Assembly (NCBI GenBank): GCA_041656935.1
Contig: JBBACQ010000001.1
Location: forward strand, 93,459 to 157,458
DNA from: Patescibacteria group bacterium
GTDB lineage: Bacteria; Patescibacteriota; Patescibacteriia; Patescibacteriales; UBA12465
Direction of reading: 5' to 3'
DNA length: 64,000 nt
Position numbers and translations under genes: made by a program
The notes under the pieces: generated by a model
Database searches by the model: none
What the model was told of the DNA's origin: nothing
What the model saw: only the letters and a program-made list of their open reading frames with translations
Shown here: positions 7,585 through 17,911 of the stretch, piece by piece
How positions within the stretch are numbered: the first letter of the stretch is position 1
Layout of the letters: every line of letters begins with the position of its first letter

Positions 7585-9486
7585 TTATTTACTATTATTG
7601 TCAAGAGGACTAAGAATGGCCTTAATTCGCCTTACCCCGGAAGAAGAGCTTTCTTCTTTTTGTATTTTAAAAACACCCATATCGGCCAAATTATCAACAT
7701 GTGGTCCTCCGCAAATTTCCTTAGAAAAAATCTCTTGACCGACGGATTTAAAATCACCGATAAAATATACTTTTACTTTTTCACTATATTTTTTTTCAAA
7801 AACACCCGTTGCTCCTTTGGCCTTAGCCTCTTCGACGGTCATCTCCTCACATTTGACCTGATATTTTCCGCGAATAACTTCGTTCACTAAATCTTCAACT
7901 TGTTTTTTCTGTTCATCAGTCATTTTTTCACCATGAGAAAAATCAAACCTCAAACGTTCAGCGGTGATATTACTTCCTCGTTGCTCAACTTGAGAACCTA
8001 AAACTCTTCTTAAGGCCTCTAATAATAAATGAGAAGCTGTGTGCAATTTAGTAGTAGCCTCACTTTGATCGGCTAAACCACCCTTAAATTTACCAGCTGA
8101 AGCGGTTTTGGATAGTTCTTGATGCTTAGACATGGCTGATTGATATTCATTCAAAAAATTATCGGAGGGTTTAATGTTTTTCTCGGCCATTATTTCTTGA
8201 GTCATTTCTAACGGATAACCATGACTTTGGAATAGATTAAAAACAATTTCTCCATTAATTACTTCGCCCTTTTCGGCAATTAAACTTAAAACCTTTTCCC
8301 CTTTTTCTATAGTTTTGCCGAATTTCTCTTCTTCTTCCCTAATTGACTGGGAAATAAAATCAGCATTTCTTTGAAGTTCCTGATAGTCACCTCCATAAAA
8401 ATCTATAATTATTTGAGCTAAACTTGCCAACCAATTATCTCTATTAATACCTATTTGACGAGAAGATCTTAAAGCCCGTCTGACCAAACGTCTAATAATA
8501 TAACCTTGATCGGTATTAGAAGGACTGAGTTTTTTATCATCACCTAAAAGAAAAACGGCTGATTTAATATGATCAGCTATTATCTCAAAATGTTTTTTGT
8601 TATCATCATATTTTTTACCAGACAATTCTTCAATTTTTTGGATAATATTTTCTAGAGAATCAATTCTGAAAATATTATCTAAATTATTAACAACCATAGC
8701 TAGTCTTTCTAAACCACCACCAAAATCAACATTTTTATTTTTTAATTCCTCCCAACCATTAACTGTTTTTTGGTATTGCATAAAAACGGAGTTACCAATT
8801 TCTACAAAACGACCGCAATCACAATTTAAATGACAGTGCTCACCAAACTTTGGATCATGTTGTTTTCCGGTATCATAAAAAGTTTCACTATCTGGTCCAC
8901 CTAGCTCCCCTACAGCATCACCTCTCTGCCACCAATTTTTATCACGATAAGCAAAAATTCTTTGGGTTGAAAAATTAATTTCTTCTCCCGAACCACTATC
9001 TCCTTTTTCAGTAGTTTCCGGGCCTTCTTCAACCTCTAAACCATATTTTTTATAAATATTCTTTAAAATTTCTATTGATTCATTATCTTTAGAAATGTTT
9101 TTTCCATCACCAACATAAACGGTTTGATAAATTTTATCTATATCTAATTTAAGTTCATCCATCATAAATTGGAACCACCAATTAAGCTGTTCCTCTTTAA
9201 AATAATCTCCCAAGCTCCAATTTCCTAGCATCTCAAAAAAAGTATTGTGACGACCATCACCAACTTCATCAATATCTTCAGAGCGGAAGCATTTTTGGCT
9301 ATTAACCAATCTAACGCCGGCCGGATGATTTTCACCCAATAAATACGGGACTAAAGGCGACATCCCGGAGTTTACAAAAAGCAAACTGGGATCATTTTCG
9401 GGAATTAAAGAAGCGCTGGAAATAACTTGATGGTTTTTCCCCGCGAAGAATTGTAGGTATTTTTGGCGTATTTCTTTAGTAGTCAT
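7585..9486 (-). CDS. alaS: alanine--tRNA ligase, short form (no C-Ala domain)
   Basis: TTKEIRQKYLQFFAGKNHQVISSASLIP.NDPSLLFVNSGM; editing-domain HTASHLL and CGGPHV motifs are present. 633 aa. Confidence 0.9.
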   Translation of the reverse strand: MTTKEIRQKYLQFFAGKNHQVISSASLIPENDPSLLFVNSGMSPLVPYLLGENHPAGVRLVNSQKCFRSEDIDEVGDGRHNTFFEMLGNWSLGDYFKEEQLNWWFQFMMDELKLDIDKIYQTVYVGDGKNISKDNESIEILKNIYKKYGLEVEEGPETTEKGDSGSGEEINFSTQRIFAYRDKNWWQRGDAVGELGGPDSETFYDTGKQHDPKFGEHCHLNCDCGRFVEIGNSVFMQYQKTVNGWEELKNKNVDFGGGLERLAMVVNNLDNIFRIDSLENIIQKIEELSGKKYDDNKKHFEIIADHIKSAVFLLGDDKKLSPSNTDQGYIIRRLVRRALRSSRQIGINRDNWLASLAQIIIDFYGGDYQELQRNADFISQSIREEEEKFGKTIEKGEKVLSLIAEKGEVINGEIVFNLFQSHGYPLEMTQEIMAEKNIKPSDNFLNEYQSAMSKHQELSKTASAGKFKGGLADQSEATTKLHTASHLLLEALRRVLGSQVEQRGSNITAERLRFDFSHGEKMTDEQKKQVEDLVNEVIRGKYQVKCEEMTVEEAKAKGATGVFEKKYSEKVKVYFIGDFKSVGQEIFSKEICGGPHVDNLADMGVFKIQKEESSSSGVRRIKAILSPLDNNSK

Positions 9487-9544
9487 TTATTTATTTCTTA
9501 ATAAAAACATTATATTTATTTTTTAATTAATTTGCAAACAAAAA

Positions 9545-10570
9545 CTAGAACACATTAACCTCTTCCTCTAAATCAATACTAAAATTATTCTTAACTTCTC
9601 GCTTTATTTCCCCAACCAAATTCAAAACATCCGCCTGTTTAGCCCCACCATGATTTACAATTATCAAAGCCTGTTTTTCATAAACTCCGACTGGACCAAA
9701 TTTTTTTCCCTTAAAACCACATTGTTCTATCAACCAACCAGCCGGAATCTTAATCCCCCTCTCATCGGGAAAACTTTTAATATCGGGAAACTTTTCTTTT
9801 AAGACTTCAAAATGCTCGGCACTAATTATTGGATTTTTAAAAAATGAACCAGCATTAGCTATGACTGCCGGATTAGGTAATTTACTATCACGAATTTCTC
9901 TGATAATTTCTGTTAGCTCTCTTAAACTCGGCTCCTTAATTCCCCTTTCCGCTAAAACTCGTTGAACATCAGGATAATTTAAATTTAATTTTCCACTACG
10001 ACTAAGCTTAAACTCTACCCACAAGATAAAATATTTTCCTTTTAATTCATTTTTAAAAACACTGTCCCGATAACCAAATTGGCATTCTCTTAAATCGAAA
10101 TGTTTTTTCTCTCCTGTTTTTAAATTTAGGGCGCCTAAATTATAGAAAACATCTTTTATCTCCACCCCGTAAGCCCCAATATTCTGCATTGGCGAGGCCC
10201 CAACTGTTCCGGGAATATAGAAAGTATTTTCTAAACCATACAAATTATTTTCAATCGTAAAGTAAACTAATTTAGACCAAATCTCACCGCTAAAAGACCG
10301 CACAACAACTTCCTTTTCATTCTCTGATATTATTTCTATTCCTTTAATTTCGTTCTTTATAACTAAACCAGAAAAACCTTGATCAGATAATAAAATATTT
10401 GATCCACCACCTAATATAAATATAGCCTCACCCTTTTTATTAGCCCAACTTAAGGCCGTTATCAATTCCTCTTCATTTTTAACCACAACAAAAAACTTAG
10501 CTAAACCACCAATTTTAAAAGTAGTATAATCAGACAATTTTATATTTTCTAAAATTTCTAGATTCATCAA
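9545..10570 (-). CDS. murB: UDP-N-acetylenolpyruvoylglucosamine reductase
   Basis: LSDYTTFKIGGLAKFF...ILGGGSNILLSD; FAD-binding MurB pattern; dcw-cluster context. Confidence 0.9.
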   Translation of the reverse strand: MMNLEILENIKLSDYTTFKIGGLAKFFVVVKNEEELITALSWANKKGEAIFILGGGSNILLSDQGFSGLVIKNEIKGIEIISENEKEVVVRSFSGEIWSKLVYFTIENNLYGLENTFYIPGTVGASPMQNIGAYGVEIKDVFYNLGALNLKTGEKKHFDLRECQFGYRDSVFKNELKGKYFILWVEFKLSRSGKLNLNYPDVQRVLAERGIKEPSLRELTEIIREIRDSKLPNPAVIANAGSFFKNPIISAEHFEVLKEKFPDIKSFPDERGIKIPAGWLIEQCGFKGKKFGPVGVYEKQALIIVNHGGAKQADVLNLVGEIKREVKNNFSIDLEEEVNVF

Positions 10571-10633
10571 ATTAATTATAAATTATAAATTATAAATTTT
10601 CTTCAAAAAATAAGAAAATTTAATTTATTTACA

Positions 10634-12058
10634 TTATTTTCGAATTTTCAATAAATTCTCCCCTACGCGAAAGACATCGCCGGCGCCTAGGAGCAAAATA
10701 ATGTTATCATTCCCTTTGATTTTTCGTAATTCTTTTTCAACCCTCTTCATATCCTTAAAATACTTTAACTCTTGGATAATTTTGCTTTTCAAATTATACT
10801 GCCCTATTTTCTCCATTAAATCAAGACTAGAAAAACCACCAGCCTTTTCTCGAGCTGAAGTATAAATTTCTAATAAATAAACCTTATCTGACTGAGCAAA
10901 ACTTTTGGCAAAATCATTCGCTAACGCCTTAGTTCGACTAATAGTATGCGGATGAAAAACAGTAATTATTTTTTTATTCTTATACTTTTGTTTAACTGCT
11001 TCTAAACAAGCTCTTACTTCGGTTGGATGATGAGCATAATCATCAATAATAATATTGCCCTGAAATTTTCCTAAAACCTCAAAACGACGAGCTGAGCCCG
11101 AAAAGGACCATAAAGCTTTTTTAATATCATCAACCTTAGCACCTAATTTCAATGAAGTAGCAATAACAGCCAAAGCATTAGAAACATTATGACGACCAAA
11201 TAATTTTATTTTAAACTCGCCCAAACTTTTATTATTCTCATAAACCTCAAAAGCTTGATAGCTAGATTCTAATTTTAAATTCTTAGAGAAATAAATTTTA
11301 TATTTTCCTCCCTTAAAATTCTTCCCCATATCATCTAGGCAATATCCAATTATTTTTCCGGCTGAATTTTTAGAAGCCCTGAAAGCTAAACTATTATCTA
11401 AATTAACCACCACAAAACCAGATTTAGGAATTTTTTTTATAAAATCAGCAAAAACCTTATAATACGCTTTTTCATCCTTAAAATAATCAGGATGATCAAA
11501 ATCAATATTATTTAAAACAATAGCTTGGGGATTAAAATACTGGAACTTATTCTGATACTCATCAGATTCGGCAATAAAATATTGGGATTTGCCAATTAAG
11601 GCGCTACCCTTAAATTGTTCAACATAAGAACCAGTCAAAACATTAGGTGAAAGACCGCTTCGTTGTAGAACATAACCCAACCAAGAAGTAACCGTTGTCT
11701 TACCATGGCTACCACAAACTGAAATTCCAAAATAATCACTAAATAAATATCCCAAAGCTTGAGCATAAGAAATTTTAGGAATATTTTTATTCTTAAAATA
11801 CCGCAGTTCAATATTTTCTTTTTCATTAAAAGCTGAAGAATAAATTATTAAATCAATTTTCTCTGGAAAATTTTTGAGTGAAAAACCATTTTTAAATTTA
11901 ATTTTGGCATTAATTAAGGTTTTATCAGTCGGGAAAACATCTTTAATATCCGATCCGCTAACATTAAATCCTTTACTCGCTAAAAACTGAGCTAGCATGG
12001 CCAATCCTACCCCCTTTATCCCTATCATATAAATATTCTTATAATCTTTCAGTTTCAT
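10634..12058 (-). CDS. murC: UDP-N-acetylmuramate--L-alanine ligase
   Basis: IGIKGVGLAMLAQFLASKGFNVSGSD and GSHGKTTVTSW (Mur ligase P-loop); context. Confidence 0.9.
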   Translation of the reverse strand: MKLKDYKNIYMIGIKGVGLAMLAQFLASKGFNVSGSDIKDVFPTDKTLINAKIKFKNGFSLKNFPEKIDLIIYSSAFNEKENIELRYFKNKNIPKISYAQALGYLFSDYFGISVCGSHGKTTVTSWLGYVLQRSGLSPNVLTGSYVEQFKGSALIGKSQYFIAESDEYQNKFQYFNPQAIVLNNIDFDHPDYFKDEKAYYKVFADFIKKIPKSGFVVVNLDNSLAFRASKNSAGKIIGYCLDDMGKNFKGGKYKIYFSKNLKLESSYQAFEVYENNKSLGEFKIKLFGRHNVSNALAVIATSLKLGAKVDDIKKALWSFSGSARRFEVLGKFQGNIIIDDYAHHPTEVRACLEAVKQKYKNKKIITVFHPHTISRTKALANDFAKSFAQSDKVYLLEIYTSAREKAGGFSSLDLMEKIGQYNLKSKIIQELKYFKDMKRVEKELRKIKGNDNIILLLGAGDVFRVGENLLKIRK

Positions 12059-12064
12059 ATTAGG

Positions 12065-13156
12065 TTAATTTAAAATTTGTTTAATTATTTTGACCATATC
12101 ATTATTACCATTTCTAATAACCGAAGAAATTTTTTCACTTAATCTGTTTTTTAATTCAGAATTATTTAAAATATTTCTAACCTCATTAATAAAAATATCA
12201 GGTCGTAAATTATCTTCAGCTAAAACTTTAGCTGCTCCGGCTTGGGCGAATTCTTTAGCATTAAATTCTTGATGAGAATTAGGCATCGGAATTAAAATAG
12301 CTGGTTTTTTGAAAAAAGATAACTCCGTTAATGTTCCTAGACCACAACGAGACACCACTAAATCAGCCACGAATAACAAAGCTAAAATATCTTGATGGGG
12401 AATAAAATCTATCTTTTTATAATTTTTATGGACAAAATGCTTTTGAACATCCCTCTCCTTCTTGCCACTAACATGAAAAACGGTTGAGAAAACAACTAAA
12501 TCTTCCATGGAATCAGAAATTAATCTATTCAAGAAAACTGACCCTGTTCCCCCACCTAAAACTAGAACTAAAGGAAAATTAGATTCTTCTATTTTATATT
12601 TTCTTAAAATAGCCTGCTTATCAAAACTAAAATCTTCTAAATTTGGACCTAAGTTCCCAATTAATTTAGCTTTGGAACTATAATTATCTAAAGATTTAGA
12701 AAATGTTAAGGTCGTTACTTTGGCTACTTTTGACATTATTTTATTAGCCAATCCTGGGGCAACATCTTGTTGATGAACTATAATTGGAATTTTTAAAAAC
12801 CAAGAAGCTAGGGATAATGGGACGGCCACAAAACCACCAGCACTTATAACCAATCCCGGTTTCTCTTTTTTTAGTAAAAATAAAGACTGCCAAAAAGCGA
12901 AAAATATTTTAAAAATATCTAAAAAATTAAATAAGGAAAAATAACGACGCCATTTGCCACTTAAAATTGGCCGATAAGGTATATCTTCTTTTTTAATTAT
13001 TTCTCGTTCGATTCCCTTGTAAGTTCCAACAAATAAAAAATCAAATTCATTTTTTAAATCTTTATGAATTTGAAGTAATGGTGTAACTGAACCACCAGTT
13101 CCGCCACCGCTAAGAATTATCTTAGTTTTTTTAAATTTTACGTTTTCGTTTATCAT
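12065..13156 (-). CDS. murG: undecaprenyldiphospho-muramoylpentapeptide beta-N-acetylglucosaminyltransferase
   Basis: ILSGGGTGGSVTPLL...GGGTGS...SRCGLGTLTEL; GT28 pattern; context. Confidence 0.9.
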   Translation of the reverse strand: MINENVKFKKTKIILSGGGTGGSVTPLLQIHKDLKNEFDFLFVGTYKGIEREIIKKEDIPYRPILSGKWRRYFSLFNFLDIFKIFFAFWQSLFLLKKEKPGLVISAGGFVAVPLSLASWFLKIPIIVHQQDVAPGLANKIMSKVAKVTTLTFSKSLDNYSSKAKLIGNLGPNLEDFSFDKQAILRKYKIEESNFPLVLVLGGGTGSVFLNRLISDSMEDLVVFSTVFHVSGKKERDVQKHFVHKNYKKIDFIPHQDILALLFVADLVVSRCGLGTLTELSFFKKPAILIPMPNSHQEFNAKEFAQAGAAKVLAEDNLRPDIFINEVRNILNNSELKNRLSEKISSVIRNGNNDMVKIIKQILN

Positions 13157-13185
13157 ACGAATGAGAATATAAAAAGATTAATAAT

Positions 13186-14409
13186 CTAAAAATCTTGTTC
13201 CGTTGTTCCTTGGCGACCAATATTTAAAAGTATACCACAAGAAGCTAAAAGCATCATTAAGGACGTTCCTCCGGCACTAACAAAAGGAAGTGGAACTCCA
13301 GTCATAGGGATAAGATTTATCATTCCGCCAATGTTTAAAAAGGCTTGAAAAAATATCCAAACTGATATCCCTACGGCTAAAGATCGACCATACATATCAG
13401 GGGCTCTTTTGGCAATAATCATCCCTTTCATGAAAATAAAGAAATAAATGAAAATAAGAATTATGGAACCAACCAAACCAATCTCTTCAGCAATTATTGG
13501 AAAAATTGAGTCAGACCAAACCTCTGGTAAATAATTAAATTTTTGTAAACTGTTCCCCAATCCTCGACCAAACAAACCGCCAGAACCTACTGCAATTAAT
13601 GATTGATTTATTTGATAACAAGAATCGCGATCAAAATCTGGATCCTGTAAACATTTAACTCGATTTAATTGATATTCTTTTATAAAACTAGAAGAGTTCG
13701 GTTTTTCGGCTTGATAGAAAAAATAAGTTAAAGCTATTATAAAAATCAAGGATGATATTATTATCTGCTTCATATTCCCCCCCGCTACAAAATAAATAGA
13801 TAAAGAGATAATAAAAACTAAAAATAAGGTACCGATATCTGGCTGGGCTAAAAGTAAAATAGCAATAAGACTTAAAACTATCATAAAAGGAAATAAGCCC
13901 TTAGAAAAAATTTTTAAATCATCTTTTCTAATCTCAACCCAAGCCGACAAATAAAAAATAAGAAAAAGTTTAGCTATTTCGGCCGGTTGAATAGAAAAGC
14001 CGAAAATATAAATCCAACTACGAGAAGTTCCAAAGTCCCCCCTAATTCCAGGAATAAAAACTAAAACCAATAAAACGAAAATACTTAAAAGAAAGAAAAG
14101 GGAAAAATTTTTAAAAACTTTATAATTAACCCGAATCAAAACGAGTAAAAAACCTAAACCTAAAAAAAGAGCAAATAATTGTTTTTTAATATAATAATAA
14201 GCATCGCCGGTGCTGGAGTGGGCGGTGACTAAAGAGGCGCTGAACAAAACGACTAATCCAAAAATTAATAAAATTAAAACCACGCCCAATAAATACTTGT
14301 CCACCTTCCCCTTAGCGAGAAAAAAATTCTTAAAACTAAAACCATTCCTGTTTTTAGAGACGCTAGTTACAGCCGGGGCTAATCTTCTTGTTTCTTTTCT
14401 TTTAAACAT
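13186..14409 (-). CDS. ftsW: SEDS-family peptidoglycan glycosyltransferase (FtsW by context)
   Basis: Polytopic membrane protein with QPAEIAKL, QPDIGT and PLPFVSAGGTS motifs. Lies between mraY and murG. Confidence 0.85.
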   Translation of the reverse strand: MFKRKETRRLAPAVTSVSKNRNGFSFKNFFLAKGKVDKYLLGVVLILLIFGLVVLFSASLVTAHSSTGDAYYYIKKQLFALFLGLGFLLVLIRVNYKVFKNFSLFFLLSIFVLLVLVFIPGIRGDFGTSRSWIYIFGFSIQPAEIAKLFLIFYLSAWVEIRKDDLKIFSKGLFPFMIVLSLIAILLLAQPDIGTLFLVFIISLSIYFVAGGNMKQIIISSLIFIIALTYFFYQAEKPNSSSFIKEYQLNRVKCLQDPDFDRDSCYQINQSLIAVGSGGLFGRGLGNSLQKFNYLPEVWSDSIFPIIAEEIGLVGSIILIFIYFFIFMKGMIIAKRAPDMYGRSLAVGISVWIFFQAFLNIGGMINLIPMTGVPLPFVSAGGTSLMMLLASCGILLNIGRQGTTEQDF

Positions 14410-14416
14410 TGCGATT

Positions 14417-15466
14417 TTAATTAAATGTTTTATCAGCTAAGAAAATTAATACACCAATAACAGCCATAACACCGGATATCAACCAAAAACGCATCACGAT
14501 TTTACTTTCTGGCCAGTTCTTAGCCTGAAAATGATGATGAATAGGTGCTGATAAGAAAACTTTTTTCTTCCTTATTTTCCTAGATAAAATTTGAATAATA
14601 ACTGATAAAGATTCAATAACAAATATAAAGCCAATGAAAGGTAAAATTAAAACATTATTAGTTAAAAGAGCAATAATCCCCAGCGTTACCCCTAAACTCA
14701 TTGATCCTGTATCCCCCATATAAAAACGAGCTGGGGGAATATTAAACCATAAAAAGGCTAATAAGGCTCCAATTATAACTCCACAAAAAACCGCCAAATC
14801 ATACCTCCCCATAACAAAAGAAATAATTCCATAAGAGGCAAAGGCCACTAATAAGGCTCCACCGGCTAAACCATCCAGTCCGTCAGTTTCATTAACCGAA
14901 AAAGAAGTCGCTACAATTACAAAAATAAAAACTGGAATATACCACCAACCTATTTGGAAATAACCCAAGAAAGGAACATGAATAGTCGTCCAATCTAATT
15001 TAAAATAAAACCATAAAGCTCCAATCACGGCAATCAAAGTATAGATTAATAAACGATGTCTCATTTTAAGTCCACCTCCGCCGAAAACTCCTCGGTCTCT
15101 AACATCCAACCAATCATCTAATAACCCAATTAAAGCTGAGGCTAATAACGCCCCCAAAGGCAATAATGTTTCTTTTTGTGATAAAAAATTCAAAGCTGAA
15201 CTAAGATCTCCCGGAAAAAGTAGATATAAATAATAGAAGAAAACAGCGAAAATAAGAGTTGTTCCCCAAATTAAAATTCCTCCCATAGTAGGAGTTCCAG
15301 CTTTATGTAAATGTAACTTAGTAAAAATTGGGGTTCCACCTGAATTTCTGATTTTCTTACCTAATTTGTTCTTGTATAAAAAATTAGTTAAAACCGGGGT
15401 CCACAAAAAAGTGAAAACAAAAGCCAAAGTCGATAAAAATAAGATTTTAATAATTTGAAATTCCAT
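14417..15466 (-). CDS. mraY: phospho-N-acetylmuramoyl-pentapeptide transferase
   Basis: HKAGTPTMGG, DDWLDV, NETDGLDGLA and HHHF motifs. Confidence 0.95.
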   Translation of the reverse strand: MEFQIIKILFLSTLAFVFTFLWTPVLTNFLYKNKLGKKIRNSGGTPIFTKLHLHKAGTPTMGGILIWGTTLIFAVFFYYLYLLFPGDLSSALNFLSQKETLLPLGALLASALIGLLDDWLDVRDRGVFGGGGLKMRHRLLIYTLIAVIGALWFYFKLDWTTIHVPFLGYFQIGWWYIPVFIFVIVATSFSVNETDGLDGLAGGALLVAFASYGIISFVMGRYDLAVFCGVIIGALLAFLWFNIPPARFYMGDTGSMSLGVTLGIIALLTNNVLILPFIGFIFVIESLSVIIQILSRKIRKKKVFLSAPIHHHFQAKNWPESKIVMRFWLISGVMAVIGVLIFLADKTFN

Positions 15467-15476
15467 ACTAATATTT

Positions 15477-15890
15477 TTAAAAATTAATTAAATAAACCGA
15501 ATAAAGTGATAGTCCTAAAAAAATATTTAATAAAACCAGAAAAGATAATAAGAAATAAGATAAAAATTTAAAATCATCTTTTTTTATTAAAAACAATAAC
15601 ATAATTTTATTTATTAAAATAAAAATCAGCCCTAATAAAGGAAGTAAAAATAAATATTTTTTATGGCCGATTAAATCTACCCCGAAGTCAACATTATAAT
15701 GTAATATCGCTACATCCTGACCTATTCGGCTATACATGAAATAAGCCCCCCACCATAAAAATAGATTTATTAAGATAATAAATGTAAAATAAACCCTAAC
15801 AAATAAAACTCGATATAAACCAAATAACAAAATCCTACTTTTAGCTAAAAAAATAGTAAATTGGTCATAAATTTGAATAAAAAAATTCAT
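15477..15890 (-). CDS. hypothetical small polytopic membrane protein
   Basis: ATG-initiated ORF 10 nt upstream of mraY with about 4 hydrophobic segments. AT-rich codons could inflate apparent hydrophobicity. Confidence 0.45.
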   Translation of the reverse strand: MNFFIQIYDQFTIFLAKSRILLFGLYRVLFVRVYFTFIILINLFLWWGAYFMYSRIGQDVAILHYNVDFGVDLIGHKKYLFLLPLLGLIFILINKIMLLFLIKKDDFKFLSYFLLSFLVLLNIFLGLSLYSVYLINF

Positions 15891-15994
15891 AAAATTAGAT
15901 AAATTCCGTTATTAAATAGTAATATTCAGTTCTTTAATATTTTAGCACATTTTAAATATAATATAAAATATGCTATAGTTAAATAAATAAAAAT

Positions 15995-16666
15995 ATGATG
16001 ATATTCTCCGTAATACCTGCCTATAATGAAGAAAAAAACATAGCTACAACGGTTATGGATGTTTTAAATTATGTCGATAAAGTTGTAATAGTTGATGATT
16101 GTTCAAAAGATAAAACAATTGAAAAAATTAAAAGTATAAATAATGATAAAATTAAGCTCTTATCTCATCCGATAAACTTAGGCCAAGGAGCAGCCCTTCA
16201 AACCGGGAATGAATATGCCCTAAAAAATGGAGCTGATATTATTGTCCATTTTGATGCTGATGGTCAATTTTTAGCCAAAGAAATTTCTCGAGTAGTAGAA
16301 CCACTAAAACGAGGTGAGACTGATATTGTTTTTGGCTCACGTTTTTTAGAAATTAAATCTGATGTTCCAGCTTTAAAGAAAAAAATTATTATGCCTTTAG
16401 CGAAATTATTTAATTTTATATTTTTTGGCATCAAAACCAGTGATCCCCAAAGTGGTTTTCGAGCCATGACTAAAGAAGTAGCTGAGAAGATTAAAATTGA
16501 AAATAATCGCATGGCTCATTGTACTGAAATTTTAGCCAAGGCCCATAAATATAAATATAAAATTAAGGAGGTTTCAATTACTGTTTTATATGAAGAGTTT
16601 GGCCAGAAATTTTCTGGGGGTTTTAAAATAATTAAGGATTTGCTTTTTAGGAAGATCAGTGGATAA
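15995..16666 (+). CDS. glycosyltransferase family 2 (polyprenol-phosphate sugar synthase-like)
   Basis: SVIPAYNEEKNI...VVIVDDCSKD...FDADGQF...GFRAM pattern of Dpm1/GtrB-type GT2. Confidence 0.8.
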   Translation: MMIFSVIPAYNEEKNIATTVMDVLNYVDKVVIVDDCSKDKTIEKIKSINNDKIKLLSHPINLGQGAALQTGNEYALKNGADIIVHFDADGQFLAKEISRVVEPLKRGETDIVFGSRFLEIKSDVPALKKKIIMPLAKLFNFIFFGIKTSDPQSGFRAMTKEVAEKIKIENNRMAHCTEILAKAHKYKYKIKEVSITVLYEEFGQKFSGGFKIIKDLLFRKISG

Positions 16667-16697
16667 TTTAAATATTTAATAAAATAATTATAAAAAT

Positions 16698-17015
16698 ATG
16701 ATTCAACAAGTAATTGCCATTTTGATTTTAATTTTCTTTATTTTTAAATTAGGCCGAGAATGGAAAAAAAAATCCATTACTATTAATGAATTCTTTTTTT
16801 GGTTAATTTTTTGGTCTATTGGGGTTGTAATTATCCTTTTTATTAAACCGATTGATAAATTAGTAATGGATCTAGGCTTTTCTTCTTCGGGTATTAATTT
16901 GGTCTTCTATGTAGCGGTTTTAATGTTGTTTTATTTAATATTTAGAATGAGGTTAAGGATGGTAAAAATGGAAAAAGATATTACCGAGTTAAGCCGGAAG
17001 ATTAGTTTGAAATAG
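16698..17015 (+). CDS. small membrane protein, DUF2304-like partner of GT2
   Basis: 105 aa with 3 hydrophobic helices and a C-terminal amphipathic tail, immediately downstream of the GT2. Confidence 0.5.
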   Translation: MIQQVIAILILIFFIFKLGREWKKKSITINEFFFWLIFWSIGVVIILFIKPIDKLVMDLGFSSSGINLVFYVAVLMLFYLIFRMRLRMVKMEKDITELSRKISLK

Positions 17016-17036
17016 TTTATCTTAATAATAAAAAAA

Positions 17037-17064
17037 GCCTCGGGTAGTATTAGCAAACCGAGGC
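17037..17064 (-). terminator. rho-independent terminator of the high-GC orphan gene
   Basis: GCCTCGG-14 nt-CCGAGGC. On the minus strand it is followed by TTTTTTT. Sits between convergent genes. Confidence 0.7.
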
Positions 17065-17108
17065 ATAATAATATTAAAAGAGCTTAAAAAAAACAAAGGG
17101 ACAAAGCC

Positions 17109-17768
17109 TTAAGAGCTAATTTGCGAGAGCGCGAAGGCAAAACCGCCAAGACCATTCCACCTGCGACCAGGACCGCTATAGTTCGTACTCAACCAGGAAC
17201 CACCATCAAGGCAATCAACGCGAAGCAATCTCAAGTCGCCATTAGAATCTTTGATGGACTTATGCATGACTGCAATCCATGTCAAACCCATAGCTTCTTC
17301 AAGCTCCTTATCAGAGAAAACCTCACGGATAAGGCAGGCAACTTCAGAGTTGGGTATTTTGAATTTACGCCTAACAGCAAAGGCGCGAATCTTCCTAGTA
17401 ATCCGATCACTATCCTCGAAAAGCAGGCCCTTGAGGACAGCTATCTCAGTTGTCACTCCCGAGGTCGGCTTGAATTCTTTGGAACATAATATTTTCTTAG
17501 CATAATCGCTAACTCGGAACCCTTTGCCTTCCAAGCGGGCAATCCATTCTTCACCAGTAGTACCATCACTGGTGACTGAGAAATAGATGATTCCGTCTTT
17601 CTCACGCCACCTTGGCTTGATTAAGGAAACCTGTAATTCACCAGCGTTCATCATGCGCACGGCTTCTTTGGGATCAATAATCCCGGTTTGCAACATGACA
17701 TTTTTAACCATAGCATTAAGTTTACCGGTTTCAATCCCGGAAATCAAAAAATTAGTTTTATTACTCAT
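17109..17768 (-). CDS. hypothetical protein, compositionally atypical (about 50% GC)
   Basis: 219-aa ORF with a strong SD (AAGGAGG) about 6 nt upstream of the ATG. Hand counts give 30/60 and 31/60 G+C in lines 17101 and 17401, versus 13/60 in flanking line 16741. I recognise no family. Confidence 0.75.
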   Translation of the reverse strand: MSNKTNFLISGIETGKLNAMVKNVMLQTGIIDPKEAVRMMNAGELQVSLIKPRWREKDGIIYFSVTSDGTTGEEWIARLEGKGFRVSDYAKKILCSKEFKPTSGVTTEIAVLKGLLFEDSDRITRKIRAFAVRRKFKIPNSEVACLIREVFSDKELEEAMGLTWIAVMHKSIKDSNGDLRLLRVDCLDGGSWLSTNYSGPGRRWNGLGGFAFALSQISS

Positions 17769-17837
17769 TATAACCTCCTTGCGCTATATTGCGCTTTTTT
17801 AATTTGCCCTATTCCGGAGCCAGAACTACAATCTTTA

Positions 17838-17889
17838 TGATTACAGCTATAAAACACCTTCATAATAAAGAATCTCATAGCTGTAATCA
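17838..17889 (-). promoter_or_regulatory. perfect 13-bp stem hairpin in the 5' leader of the orphan gene
   Basis: TGATTACAGCTAT-26 nt-ATAGCTGTAATCA, located between the predicted promoter and the RBS. Confidence 0.5.
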
Positions 17890-17911
17890 ATTTTTAAAAG
17901 TACAACAAATT

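Noticed and set aside
17121-17802. Three plus-strand ORFs (17121..17489, 17251..17505, 17587..17802) overlapping the 219-aa gene
   Set aside because: They are antisense to a gene with a strong SD, promoter and terminator. Long stop-free antisense frames are expected in a roughly 50% GC segment, and the translations are low-complexity.
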